DNA of 64,000 nt from Candidatus Enterousia sp. (GTDB lineage Bacteria > Pseudomonadota > Alphaproteobacteria > Rs-D84), in the NCBI GenBank assembly GCA_045613785.1, contig JAZLBQ010000024.1:32001-96000 (forward strand), in the 5' to 3' direction. This document shows, one piece after another, positions 19,260-27,932 of this stretch; positions within the stretch are counted from its first letter, which is position 1, and every line of letters begins with the position of its first letter. The notes under the pieces are model-generated. The model ran no database searches, was not told where the DNA came from, and saw nothing but the letters and a program-made list of their open reading frames with translations. A program made the translations under genes and the position numbers.

Positions 19260-20213
19260 ATGATGGAACAAAAGATACAAGATTTTTTTGAACGTGTAAG
19301 AAATGCAAAAACAATCGCAATTATGGGACATAAAAATCCTGATGGCGATTCGCTGTGCAGTGTGTTGGCGTTGGCAAATCTGATTGAAAAAAATTTCGGA
19401 ATTCGATCTGTGTGTTTGTATGATGGTAATATTCCAGATGCACTGGATAATGTGCCGTTGCGTTCGTGGATAAAATATTATGAACGTGTTGATATGTCTC
19501 AACCTTTTGATATGGCAATCGTTATGGACTATGGCAACCCTGTTCATGTCGGTGGAGGACAACCGATTCTTGATAAGGCAAAGTTTGTCGTTGAAATAGA
19601 TCATCATAAAAATGATAACTATATAGGTCAGTTGTGCATAAATGATGAAAATGCTGCTGCAACCGCAGTGATTGTCTATAATATGATGCGGTTTGAGGGC
19701 TTGCACTTGGATTCTTTTACGGCAGATTTGTTGATGCTGGGAATTCTGACTGATACTGGGAATTTTAAATTTTGTCGAAACGGTGATGCGTTGCGAATCG
19801 CTGCAGATTTGGTTGATAGTGGTGTAAATATTCGTGCGTTGATTGAACTGATGGCAAATAAACCTCGTAAGTCTGTTCAGTTAGAAGCAAGAACAACCGC
19901 AAATGCAGAATTTTTTTATCGTGGACGTTTGGCGTTGGCAACGGTTTGCAAAAAGGATTATAAATATCTGGACGGACGTGGCGAAATGATTTTGAGTTTG
20001 TTAGGACAAATCCAAGGTGTGGATTATGTTGTCTTGTTAAAGGAACAAAAGCCTGAACAGATTGGTATATCGATTCGCAGTCGAAATAAACCAATTGATC
20101 AAATTGCTGCGGCGTTAGGTGGTGGTGGGCATGAGCGTGCGGCTGGGGCTGTTGTGCGGGATTCAATGGAAAATGTTCGTCAACGGGTCTTGGATTTATT
20201 TAAGGAGGCGTAA
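19260..20213 (+). CDS. nrnA: DHH-family oligoribonuclease/pAp phosphatase NrnA
   Basis: HKNPDGD, IDHH, TDTGNF, GGGGHERAAG. Confidence 0.88.
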   Translation: MMEQKIQDFFERVRNAKTIAIMGHKNPDGDSLCSVLALANLIEKNFGIRSVCLYDGNIPDALDNVPLRSWIKYYERVDMSQPFDMAIVMDYGNPVHVGGGQPILDKAKFVVEIDHHKNDNYIGQLCINDENAAATAVIVYNMMRFEGLHLDSFTADLLMLGILTDTGNFKFCRNGDALRIAADLVDSGVNIRALIELMANKPRKSVQLEARTTANAEFFYRGRLALATVCKKDYKYLDGRGEMILSLLGQIQGVDYVVLLKEQKPEQIGISIRSRNKPIDQIAAALGGGGHERAAGAVVRDSMENVRQRVLDLFKEA

Positions 20214-20214
20214 G

Positions 20215-20829
20215 GTGAGAAAAATTTTATTCGCATTATTGGCAATCTTCGTTGTATCAGGAGCAGGGGCTGGCGTTGATTCAAAATTAGTAAGCAAGGC
20301 GGAAAATTATCTAAATGCTGTGACCGGGTTGGAGGGTAAGTTTGTTCAGACCGCCAATGGTAATCAACAGGCTGGTGATTTTGCGATGCTGAGACCAGGG
20401 CGTGTGCGGTTGGATTATGATAATATGCCTGTTCAGTTGATTGCAGATGGACAAGATTTGTATTTCTTTGATAAGTCATTAGACCAAATTACAACTGTGC
20501 CAATTACAAGCACACCAGCAGGTATTTTAATTAGAAAAAATATCAATCTGACAAATGCTGATATAAATGTTGTTGAAACAACTGACTGGAAAAATTCTTT
20601 TGCGTTAAAAATGAATCTGAAAGGTCAAGAAGGCTTGGGGCATATGGTTGTGGTTTTTGATAAAAGTCCTGTGAAATTGAATTCGTGGACCGTTGTTGAC
20701 GCAACAGGTGCAACAACTGATGTGGTGTTTAAAAATCTGAAGGAAAAATCAAGTTTTGGTAAAAACTTTTTCCAGATTCAAAGACATAAAACAGTCAGCA
20801 CCAGCGGTGGTGATGATTACTATGATTAA
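20215..20829 (+). CDS. lolA: Outer-membrane lipoprotein carrier LolA
   Basis: GTG start after AGGAGG; signal peptide; FVQ...G.F.MLRPGRVRLDY, TPA. Confidence 0.85.
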   Translation: MRKILFALLAIFVVSGAGAGVDSKLVSKAENYLNAVTGLEGKFVQTANGNQQAGDFAMLRPGRVRLDYDNMPVQLIADGQDLYFFDKSLDQITTVPITSTPAGILIRKNINLTNADINVVETTDWKNSFALKMNLKGQEGLGHMVVVFDKSPVKLNSWTVVDATGATTDVVFKNLKEKSSFGKNFFQIQRHKTVSTSGGDDYYD

Positions 20830-20837
20830 ATAATGCG

Positions 20838-21128
20838 ATGTTTGGTATTAGTTGGGCTGAATTTTTTGTGATTTTATTGGTGGCTGTGCTGGTTGTGCCG
20901 GCACGGTTATGGCCTGATGTTGCACGATTCTTGGCACGGTGTGTCAAATTTGTGCGTCAGTTAGTTTGGAAAATTACAGATGCGTCTGAAAATATTAAAC
21001 AGCAAATTGAACTGGAAAAACCTATTGATGATTTGTTGAAAAATACTGCTGATGATGTAATTGACAGTTTTTCATCGGTGTTGCCAAAACCAAAAAAAAC
21101 AGTAAAGAAAAAGGCAAAGCAAAAATGA
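20838..21128 (+). CDS. tatB: Twin-arginine translocase TatB
   Basis: MFGISWAEFFVILLVAVLVV, directly upstream of tatC. Confidence 0.85.
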   Translation: MFGISWAEFFVILLVAVLVVPARLWPDVARFLARCVKFVRQLVWKITDASENIKQQIELEKPIDDLLKNTADDVIDSFSSVLPKPKKTVKKKAKQK

Positions 21129-21829
21129 AAAAAATGACTTTGTTGCAGCATTTTTCCGAACTGCGTCGCAGAATTTTGTGGTGTGCCTTGATTTTTGTTT
21201 TGGCGTTTGGAATAGGGTTGTGGATAGCACCAGTTATTCAAAGTTTTTTAACACAACCATTATTAAATGTTTGGCCTGATGGTGCGTTGTTGTATGTTGG
21301 ACTGTCTGACGGATTGATGATTCAATTTTCATTAGCGGCAATGTTTGCGTTGGTTGTTATTTTGCCTGTGGCGTTGTGGCATCTGTGGGCTTTTGTCGCA
21401 CCGGGATTAAAGGAAAATGAAAGAAGGTTTATTTGGCCTGTGTTGCTGATGTCGCCAATTTTATTTTGTGCAGGGGCGGCATTTGCCTTTTATTTCTTGT
21501 TCCCGATTGTATTTAAGTTCTTTGTAGAATTAAATCAAACAGCGGCTGTGCCAAGTGTTTTGTTGCCGGCTGCACGGGATTATTTAACCTTTGCAATCGG
21601 GCTGTTAAAGGTTTTTGGTGTGGCATTTCAATTACCGTTGGTGATGGTTTTATTAAACAGAATTGGGATTTTACAACGCTCGCAGGTTCTGAAAATGCGA
21701 CGCTATGCAATTATTTTTATTGTTGTTCTGGCTGCAATTTTAACACCACCTGATATTGTTTCCCAAGTTGTGCTGGCAGTGCCAATGTGGTTGCTGTTCG
21801 AGGTTAGTATTTTGTTTATGCGAAAGTAG
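21125..21829 (+). CDS. tatC: Twin-arginine translocase TatC
   Basis: HFSELRRR, FVAPGLKENE, FQLP, TPPD. Confidence 0.95.
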   Translation: MKKMTLLQHFSELRRRILWCALIFVLAFGIGLWIAPVIQSFLTQPLLNVWPDGALLYVGLSDGLMIQFSLAAMFALVVILPVALWHLWAFVAPGLKENERRFIWPVLLMSPILFCAGAAFAFYFLFPIVFKFFVELNQTAAVPSVLLPAARDYLTFAIGLLKVFGVAFQLPLVMVLLNRIGILQRSQVLKMRRYAIIFIVVLAAILTPPDIVSQVVLAVPMWLLFEVSILFMRK

Positions 21830-21852
21830 GCTTTTTGTGCTATAATTATAGC

Positions 21853-23316
21853 GTGAAAAAAATCAGTTTGATTTTAGGTGGTATTCTTTGCACGCTGACA
21901 GCGTGTGATTTGAAACCAAAAATTATGTCTTTGCCTGATTCCGTCGGTGAATTTATTTCAGACAGATATCCTGCTTTGTTGGCCGACCCAAATGTTTATC
22001 CAGAGATTTATAATTCTGCGGTGACAGACTATGGTGTGTATGCTTCGCCAGAATTATATGGAACTGATACATCAAATGACTATGTTGTTTATGCGTCTGT
22101 TGATGATTATATTGTGCCACCACAGGATAATTTGATTATTACAACAAATGAGGTCGAGTCTTCTGTTGATGCCAAAACTAAGGATTTAAACGAATCTACA
22201 GATGCAGAAGATAATGATGATGTTGAAACAGATGAGCAGGTAATTCAGACGCAACCATCGACTGATTTCTTGTTAGTGCCAATGTATGGTGGTCCACAGA
22301 CAGAAGTAAAGACAACTGAAGTTATTGTTCAGCCGGGAGATACGTTGTATAAACTGGCACAACAACACAGAACCTCGGTTGAGGACTTGGCTGCATTGAA
22401 TAAATTACAGGTGCCATACGTATTAAAGGTTGGTCAGAAATTGCAGGTCGCAGGGCAGGTCAAGGTCGCAGAATCTGACAAAGATGTCTTGAAAATAGCA
22501 AAGCCTGTTTCAGGTGTGCAAACGGCAACTCGTGTTGAGTTAGTTGATGTCGTCGTAAAACCTGGGGATACATTATATTCGCTGTCTAGAAAGTATTCTG
22601 TGCCGGTAAATGACTTGGCGGTGATGAATAATTTAAGCGTGCCGTTTAGTTTAAGCGTCGGACAAAAAATTCGTGTTCCAAATCTGGCACAGGCACCTGT
22701 GGCAAAGATAGAGGTTTCAGAAAAAGTTGCCGCTTCGTCAAAGGCAGAACAGATAAAAACAACACAAAAGATTTCTGAAAAATCCCAGAATTCTAGCGTA
22801 AAGGTCGTGAAGGTTGAAAAGACAGAACCGGTAAAAACAGTAGAAGCGGTCAAAGAAACCAAGGTTGTAAAAACAACGACAGAGCAAAAGATTTCTTCGG
22901 ACCCTACAAAGAAGTTGCCAAAGATTACAGCACGCTCGTCATCAAAGTTTTCGTGGCCAGTGCGTGGAAAAATTTTGTCTGGATATGGTGCTAAATCAAA
23001 CGGCTTGTTTAATGACGGGATAAATATTAGTGCAAAATTGGGAACAGCAGTAAAAGCGGCGGAAAATGGCGTGGTAGCATATGCCGGAAATGAAGTAAAA
23101 GGTATGGGAAATTTAATTATTATTCAGCACGATGCAGGTTGGATGACGGTCTATGCACATATGGATACAATGACTGTGCGTCGTGGAGCTAAGGTTAGTG
23201 TTGGTCAGAAAATTGGTGCTATTGGAAAAACAGGCAAGGTAGATAGTCCGCAGTTGCATTTTGAAATTCGTAAAGGAACGAAGGCTTATAATCCAACAGA
23301 ATACTTGAAAAAATAA
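21853..23316 (+). CDS. LysM x2 + M23 lipoprotein (NlpD/DipM-like)
   Basis: GTG at 21853; lipobox LTAC; two LysM (VQPGDTLY, VKPGDTLY); M23 with NDGIN (degenerate HxxxD), YAH, LHFEIR. Confidence 0.88.
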   Translation: MKKISLILGGILCTLTACDLKPKIMSLPDSVGEFISDRYPALLADPNVYPEIYNSAVTDYGVYASPELYGTDTSNDYVVYASVDDYIVPPQDNLIITTNEVESSVDAKTKDLNESTDAEDNDDVETDEQVIQTQPSTDFLLVPMYGGPQTEVKTTEVIVQPGDTLYKLAQQHRTSVEDLAALNKLQVPYVLKVGQKLQVAGQVKVAESDKDVLKIAKPVSGVQTATRVELVDVVVKPGDTLYSLSRKYSVPVNDLAVMNNLSVPFSLSVGQKIRVPNLAQAPVAKIEVSEKVAASSKAEQIKTTQKISEKSQNSSVKVVKVEKTEPVKTVEAVKETKVVKTTTEQKISSDPTKKLPKITARSSSKFSWPVRGKILSGYGAKSNGLFNDGINISAKLGTAVKAAENGVVAYAGNEVKGMGNLIIIQHDAGWMTVYAHMDTMTVRRGAKVSVGQKIGAIGKTGKVDSPQLHFEIRKGTKAYNPTEYLKK

Positions 23317-23415
23317 AAATGCCGCATTTGTTGCGGCTTTCTTTTTGTGAATAGTGTCAAATCAGTTTTTTTAATCCGTTTTGTTAGAATTTATTATAAC
23401 AAAGGGAGCGAGAAA

Positions 23416-24627
23416 ATGAAAAAACTGGTTTTTATCTTGTCTGTGATTTTAGTTGTGTTGGTGGTTGTTTGGTTGGTTTCAAGATTACACAGCGGAACAA
23501 CTAATTCTATTGATGAGTATCAGGCATCAACATTGGACGAAGATGTGAAAATTGTTGATATTCTTGATTTAGAAGAGATGGCCGCACAGGTTATCCCAGA
23601 AGGTGGATTTGGATATATTCAGGGCGGTGCAGAAACAGAAAGCACAATGCGTAGAAATGAAACAGCGTTTGATATGGTGGATATTTATCCTCGTGTTTTA
23701 ACGGGCGTAAATGATCCCAGCACACGGACATCTATTTTAGGAATTGATATTGCGTTGCCTGTAATTGTTGCACCAGCGGCGGCACATGGGTTGGCACATG
23801 TTTCCGCAGAGGCAGGAACAGCACGTGGGGCGGCAGTTGCAGGAACAATAATGAGTGTTAGTAATTATGCAAGTTCTACGCTGGCGGAAATTGCCAAAGC
23901 AGGTAAGGGTGCACCGCAGTGGTTTCAATTATATTTGAGTAAAGATGATGATTTTAATCGTAAAATAATAAAACAGGCGGAAGATTTGGGATATAGTGCA
24001 ATTATTCTGACAGTTGATGCACCTGTTGGAGGATACCGAATTGCAGATGTTCGAAATGACTTTAAATTTCCATTGGAATTGCCAAATGTTGCAAAAACTT
24101 CAATCAAGACAAAGGGACGTGGGGTAAGTAAAGTCTTTGCGGCTGCACAAAATGAACTGACCCCATACGATGTTATGAGGGTAAAATCAATGACTAGATT
24201 GCCCGTAATTGTCAAAGGCATTCAACATCCTGATGATGCAGAAATTGCAATCATTAGTGGTGCAGATGCAATATGGGTTTCAAATCATGGTGGACGGCAA
24301 CTTGATGGAGCACCAGGGGCATTCGAAGTTTTGCCGGAAATTGCAAGGAAAGTAAATAAGCGGGTGCCTATTATATTTGATAGTGGTGTTCGGCGTGGTC
24401 AAGATGTTTTCAAAGCAATTGCAAGCGGTGCAGATGTTGTTGCAATTGGACGACCTGTGATTTATGGTTTGGCGTTGGGTGGTTGGCGTGGTGTTGTGGC
24501 TGTCTTTGATTGGTTGAAAAAAGACTTGAAACGGGTAATGTGGTTGGCTGGAACACAGACTGTAAAAGAAATAAAAAGTGTAGAGCTGCGACCAAAGTGC
24601 ATGATGGTCAAGTGTGATGAATTGTGA
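23416..24627 (+). CDS. lctO: FMN-dependent alpha-hydroxy acid (L-lactate) oxidase with N-terminal membrane anchor
   Basis: IPEGGFGYIQGGA, QWFQLY, IVKGI, SNHGGRQLDG, DSGVRRG; hydrophobic N-terminus. Confidence 0.8.
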   Translation: MKKLVFILSVILVVLVVVWLVSRLHSGTTNSIDEYQASTLDEDVKIVDILDLEEMAAQVIPEGGFGYIQGGAETESTMRRNETAFDMVDIYPRVLTGVNDPSTRTSILGIDIALPVIVAPAAAHGLAHVSAEAGTARGAAVAGTIMSVSNYASSTLAEIAKAGKGAPQWFQLYLSKDDDFNRKIIKQAEDLGYSAIILTVDAPVGGYRIADVRNDFKFPLELPNVAKTSIKTKGRGVSKVFAAAQNELTPYDVMRVKSMTRLPVIVKGIQHPDDAEIAIISGADAIWVSNHGGRQLDGAPGAFEVLPEIARKVNKRVPIIFDSGVRRGQDVFKAIASGADVVAIGRPVIYGLALGGWRGVVAVFDWLKKDLKRVMWLAGTQTVKEIKSVELRPKCMMVKCDEL

Positions 24628-24631
24628 TACT

Positions 24632-24656
24632 AAAACCGCCGTATAGGCGGTTTTTT
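24632..24656. terminator. Bidirectional terminator, identical to 3284-3306
   Basis: AAAACCGCCGTATAGGCGGTTTTT. Confidence 0.8.
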
Positions 24657-24657
24657 A

Positions 24658-25623
24658 TTATCGCGTATGTGGTTGTTTTAGCAAGGCGATTCCATCATGA
24701 AATTTTTCGCCGTTTAATAATGCTGTTTTTATGCGTTGACGTAGGTATGTGTCAGAAGGGTATTTGGATATGTCGGATGATGATGTGTTAAATAAAAATT
24801 TTGATAGACTGGATTCGGGCAGGTGTTGCAGTGTTTCAAAACGCTCGCGAAATAAACGGATGTTTGATTCTGTGGGCAGATAAGGTTCTAGATTTTTATC
24901 CATCAGCCAACTGTCAATAAACATGTCGGGGTGTTTGGGGGCTTCTGGGAAATATGTAGGGATCTTTTTGTGGGCATTTGCCAGTGATTTTGAAACCGAA
25001 TCGTTTGATAATTTCTGACCACGTGGTACATGAATGTTTATGCAATATTCGTGTTTAGGGGTAATGTTTGGAATCTGGTAATCGTATTTTATCAATTCAT
25101 ATTGCAGACGTCCAAATTCGATAATGTGTGCATTGATAAAAAAACTGCCCCAGATTAGTTGTGATATTTCAGAACCTTGTATTTTATATACGTCCAGACC
25201 GCGTGTGCATGTTTCATTTATTCTGTATCTGTGTTTGTTTTCTTGATAGTCATCAAATTTTCTGGATTCCATGTTATCTTGGTGTGTTTTATAGCCTGAC
25301 AGCAGTATTAATGCGGGTAGGGGGTCAATCGTTTTTCGTTTTAAATCATGTGTCCAGTTGTATTTGTTTGGTGCAAATAAATAATTGCTTAGAATGTATG
25401 CGCCGGCTTGTAAGTTGGAATTAGAATTAAATTGTGCTGTATATTCACGGAATAATTTTTGAAATTCTGTGTGCTCATTTAGATTGTAAAATTGCAAGGC
25501 TGAATCAAAATCAATCGAATTTAACCAATTTCTGATTTTGTCTGGCGATGCGTCAATATTGGATATGTCGTGTGGGATGGTTGTGAAACCAATTTTTTCT
25601 AATATTGCTGAATTGTTTACCAT
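24658..25623 (-). CDS. Acyltransferase-domain (GNAT-like C-terminal) protein
   Basis: GRLQYE, INIHVPRGQKL, SWLMD, SNIRLFRERF; start MVNNS after GGAAAAGG. Confidence 0.7.
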   Translation of the reverse strand: MVNNSAILEKIGFTTIPHDISNIDASPDKIRNWLNSIDFDSALQFYNLNEHTEFQKLFREYTAQFNSNSNLQAGAYILSNYLFAPNKYNWTHDLKRKTIDPLPALILLSGYKTHQDNMESRKFDDYQENKHRYRINETCTRGLDVYKIQGSEISQLIWGSFFINAHIIEFGRLQYELIKYDYQIPNITPKHEYCINIHVPRGQKLSNDSVSKSLANAHKKIPTYFPEAPKHPDMFIDSWLMDKNLEPYLPTESNIRLFRERFETLQHLPESSLSKFLFNTSSSDISKYPSDTYLRQRIKTALLNGEKFHDGIALLKQPHTR

Positions 25624-25759
25624 ATGCTTTTTCCTTTTCCCATTGTGTAAAAGTATGTATTCTATAAGCATTTTATGGGAAATGTAAATAAGATTATAAA
25701 GGCTTGCATTTTCTGGAAAAAAGGATATAATTATCGCGCTGATTGAAAAATATAGTTCT

Positions 25760-25835
25760 GGATGCGTAGCTCAGTTGGTAGAGCAACTGACTCTTAATCA
25801 GTGGGTCCAGGGTTCGAGTCCCTGCGCGTCCACCA
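25760..25835 (+). tRNA. tRNA-Lys(CTT)
   Basis: GGATGCG acceptor stem, D-loop TAGCTCAGTTGGTAGAGC, anticodon loop CT-CTT-AA, GGTTCGAGTCC, encoded CCA. Confidence 0.97.
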
Positions 25836-25991
25836 GAAATTACCGGTCGTAGTGCGACCGGTTTTTTATTTCCTAAAAAAACGAATCGATAGCAGGGATT
25901 CATACCTATGCAAAAGTGTTTTTCGCATTGGTAAAATAGAGGTGTTGACATGAAACTTTAATATAAAACAAAAATACAAAAAGGAGAGAAA

Positions 25992-26603
25992 ATGAAAAAG
26001 TTAGCTATTTCAACACTGGCGGTGCTACTTGCGTGCCCAGCGTTCGCAATGAATCACCCTGACCAGGGTAGCAGTTGGCAAATGTGGGGTATGGATCCTT
26101 ATATTGCTATGCGTGGGGGTATGAGCTATACAAACTTAAATTATAAATATGAAGGCAACAAGGAATCGATGACTGATTATATTTTCCAAGGACGTGCCGC
26201 ATTAGGTTTGGAAGTTTGTGATACTGTGCGTTCAGAAATTGAATGGACATACTTTGGTAAAACATCAGACCAGGAAAAATTCGGTGCAGCAGGTGGCATT
26301 GATGTAGAAGCAAAAATGCAGACCTTGTTGTGGAACAACTATATGGAATTTGGACCTTATAAAATGGTTCGACCATTTGTTGGTGTAGGTGCAGGTATCG
26401 CAATGACAGATGTTAAACGTCATGGTGATTTGGTGCCGCGTAAAAGCGAAAGCAAAACACGCTTTTCTGCAATGGGAACAATGGGTGTGACATTTGATAT
26501 GGAACGCTTTGCTGTTGATTTGGCAGCACGCTATACTTATGTTGATATCCAGTCAGGATTGCATAACTTTGGTGGTGATGTTGGTATCAGATTTATGTTC
26601 TGA
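25992..26603 (+). CDS. Outer-membrane 8-stranded beta-barrel protein (opacity/OmpA-like)
   Basis: Signal peptide ending AFA; RPFVGVGAG; C-terminal GIRFMF. Confidence 0.82.
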   Translation: MKKLAISTLAVLLACPAFAMNHPDQGSSWQMWGMDPYIAMRGGMSYTNLNYKYEGNKESMTDYIFQGRAALGLEVCDTVRSEIEWTYFGKTSDQEKFGAAGGIDVEAKMQTLLWNNYMEFGPYKMVRPFVGVGAGIAMTDVKRHGDLVPRKSESKTRFSAMGTMGVTFDMERFAVDLAARYTYVDIQSGLHNFGGDVGIRFMF

Positions 26604-26613
26604 TGTAAATCAC

Positions 26614-26641
26614 AAGAACGCCCCGTTTGGGGCGTTTCTTT
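26614..26641. terminator. Intrinsic terminator
   Basis: AACGCCCC-GTTT-GGGGCGTT followed by a U-rich tail. Confidence 0.7.
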
Positions 26642-26701
26642 GTGCCTTGTTTTATAAAAAAATAACCCCACAGTTTTGTGGGGCTTTTTGTCGTGATTAT
26701 T

Positions 26702-27058
26702 TTAGGTTAGTTGTGCCAGGGCAAGTTTATTTAAAAAGCCAGATTCGATATCGCCAAGTAAGGATTTCTCGCCTTCGTTATTTTCGCCATCGGTCTGCAA
26801 TTCTTCAAGGTGGGAAATGATTGTTTCACAAGCCTTGACCAGGTTTTGATTTACATATTTTGGATTCAAGATGTCTGGTTTGAAAACTTTTTTATTATCG
26901 TTCGCCATAAAATATGTTTCTGCAATTGAATCGACCCAGGTGTCTATGTCTTCTTGGAGTCTGTCAAACAGCAAGTGTGCTGAATACTCGTCAGTTGACC
27001 AATGATTTAGTTTGCACGCATATTTAAACGCAATTAAATGTTGCATTAATTCATACAT
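26702..27058 (-). CDS. Short Dps/ferritin-like protein (DUF5856-like)
   Basis: NHWSTDEYSAHLLFDRLQEDIDTWVDSIAE matches Dps ferroxidase spacing. Confidence 0.65.
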   Translation of the reverse strand: MYELMQHLIAFKYACKLNHWSTDEYSAHLLFDRLQEDIDTWVDSIAETYFMANDNKKVFKPDILNPKYVNQNLVKACETIISHLEELQTDGENNEGEKSLLGDIESGFLNKLALAQLT

Positions 27059-27258
27059 TTTTGTTCCTTTTGGTTTGTAGCTGTAAAGCATTTTATAAAG
27101 TATCAAAATTGCTTTTTTATGTATATAGGATTGGTTTCTGAAAATACCGCTATACGCAAGGCTTCTGGGAAAAATTAGGTATTCAAACCTGGGGTAATCA
27201 ATAAAAAAATATAGTAAACTATGTTGCGTCCACACAAAGGAACAAAAAGGAGAAAATT

Positions 27259-27816
27259 ATGAAAAACTTTACAAAAAAAATCTTTATGTTTGCGTCAATG
27301 TTAGGGGCAGCAGTTTTGTTGTCTGGTTGTATGATGGAATGTCCAAATAAAAAAATGGCTCATCATAAAAAGGTTCAACGTGCACATCCAGTAGAAATAG
27401 TTGAGGAAACTGAAGCAATCGTCGTTTATCAGACATACGAAAATGCAGATATAAATAGCGTTTATGCAAAAATGTATACTCATAGTAGCCATGGCGGCGA
27501 ATCTAAAATGGGACATATCAAGTTCAAAGATACTGATAATGGGCTGAAAATGATGGTTGATTTGAAAGATATGCGACCAGGTGTTCAATATTATGTTAAA
27601 CTGTATCAATGTGCATCGTGCCACAATGATGCAAAGTGTTGCAATGAAGCAAAACGCTTTGATATGAATTTGCCAATGTTACAGACTGGAAAAAGTGGTC
27701 GGTTGAATCAGACTTATATGATTCAGGGTATGAGTGCCGCACAATTAAATGGTGCAAATATCTATCTGGAACGTGATGGTGGATATAAAGCAGGTTGGGG
27801 TAAGTTGGAAAAATAA
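27259..27816 (+). CDS. Lipoprotein with degenerate Cu/Zn-SOD-like fold
   Basis: Lipobox LSGC; GHIKFKDTDNGLKMMVDLKDMRPG and LPMLQTGKSG follow the SodC pattern, but the His ligands are absent. Confidence 0.55.
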   Translation: MKNFTKKIFMFASMLGAAVLLSGCMMECPNKKMAHHKKVQRAHPVEIVEETEAIVVYQTYENADINSVYAKMYTHSSHGGESKMGHIKFKDTDNGLKMMVDLKDMRPGVQYYVKLYQCASCHNDAKCCNEAKRFDMNLPMLQTGKSGRLNQTYMIQGMSAAQLNGANIYLERDGGYKAGWGKLEK

Positions 27817-27932
27817 TCTTTTGAACTTATTTATAACTGCTGTTGATAAATCGCCCCAGAAAGTTGGGGCGTTTTTCTTTTAGTTCTTTAAGAATATATT
27901 CAGGTGTGTTAGTATGTCGCCAGAGAAAAAGA

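Noticed and set aside
25694-25951. 85-aa ORF (also the ORF at 32819-33019)
   Set aside because: Spurious translations across tRNA genes.
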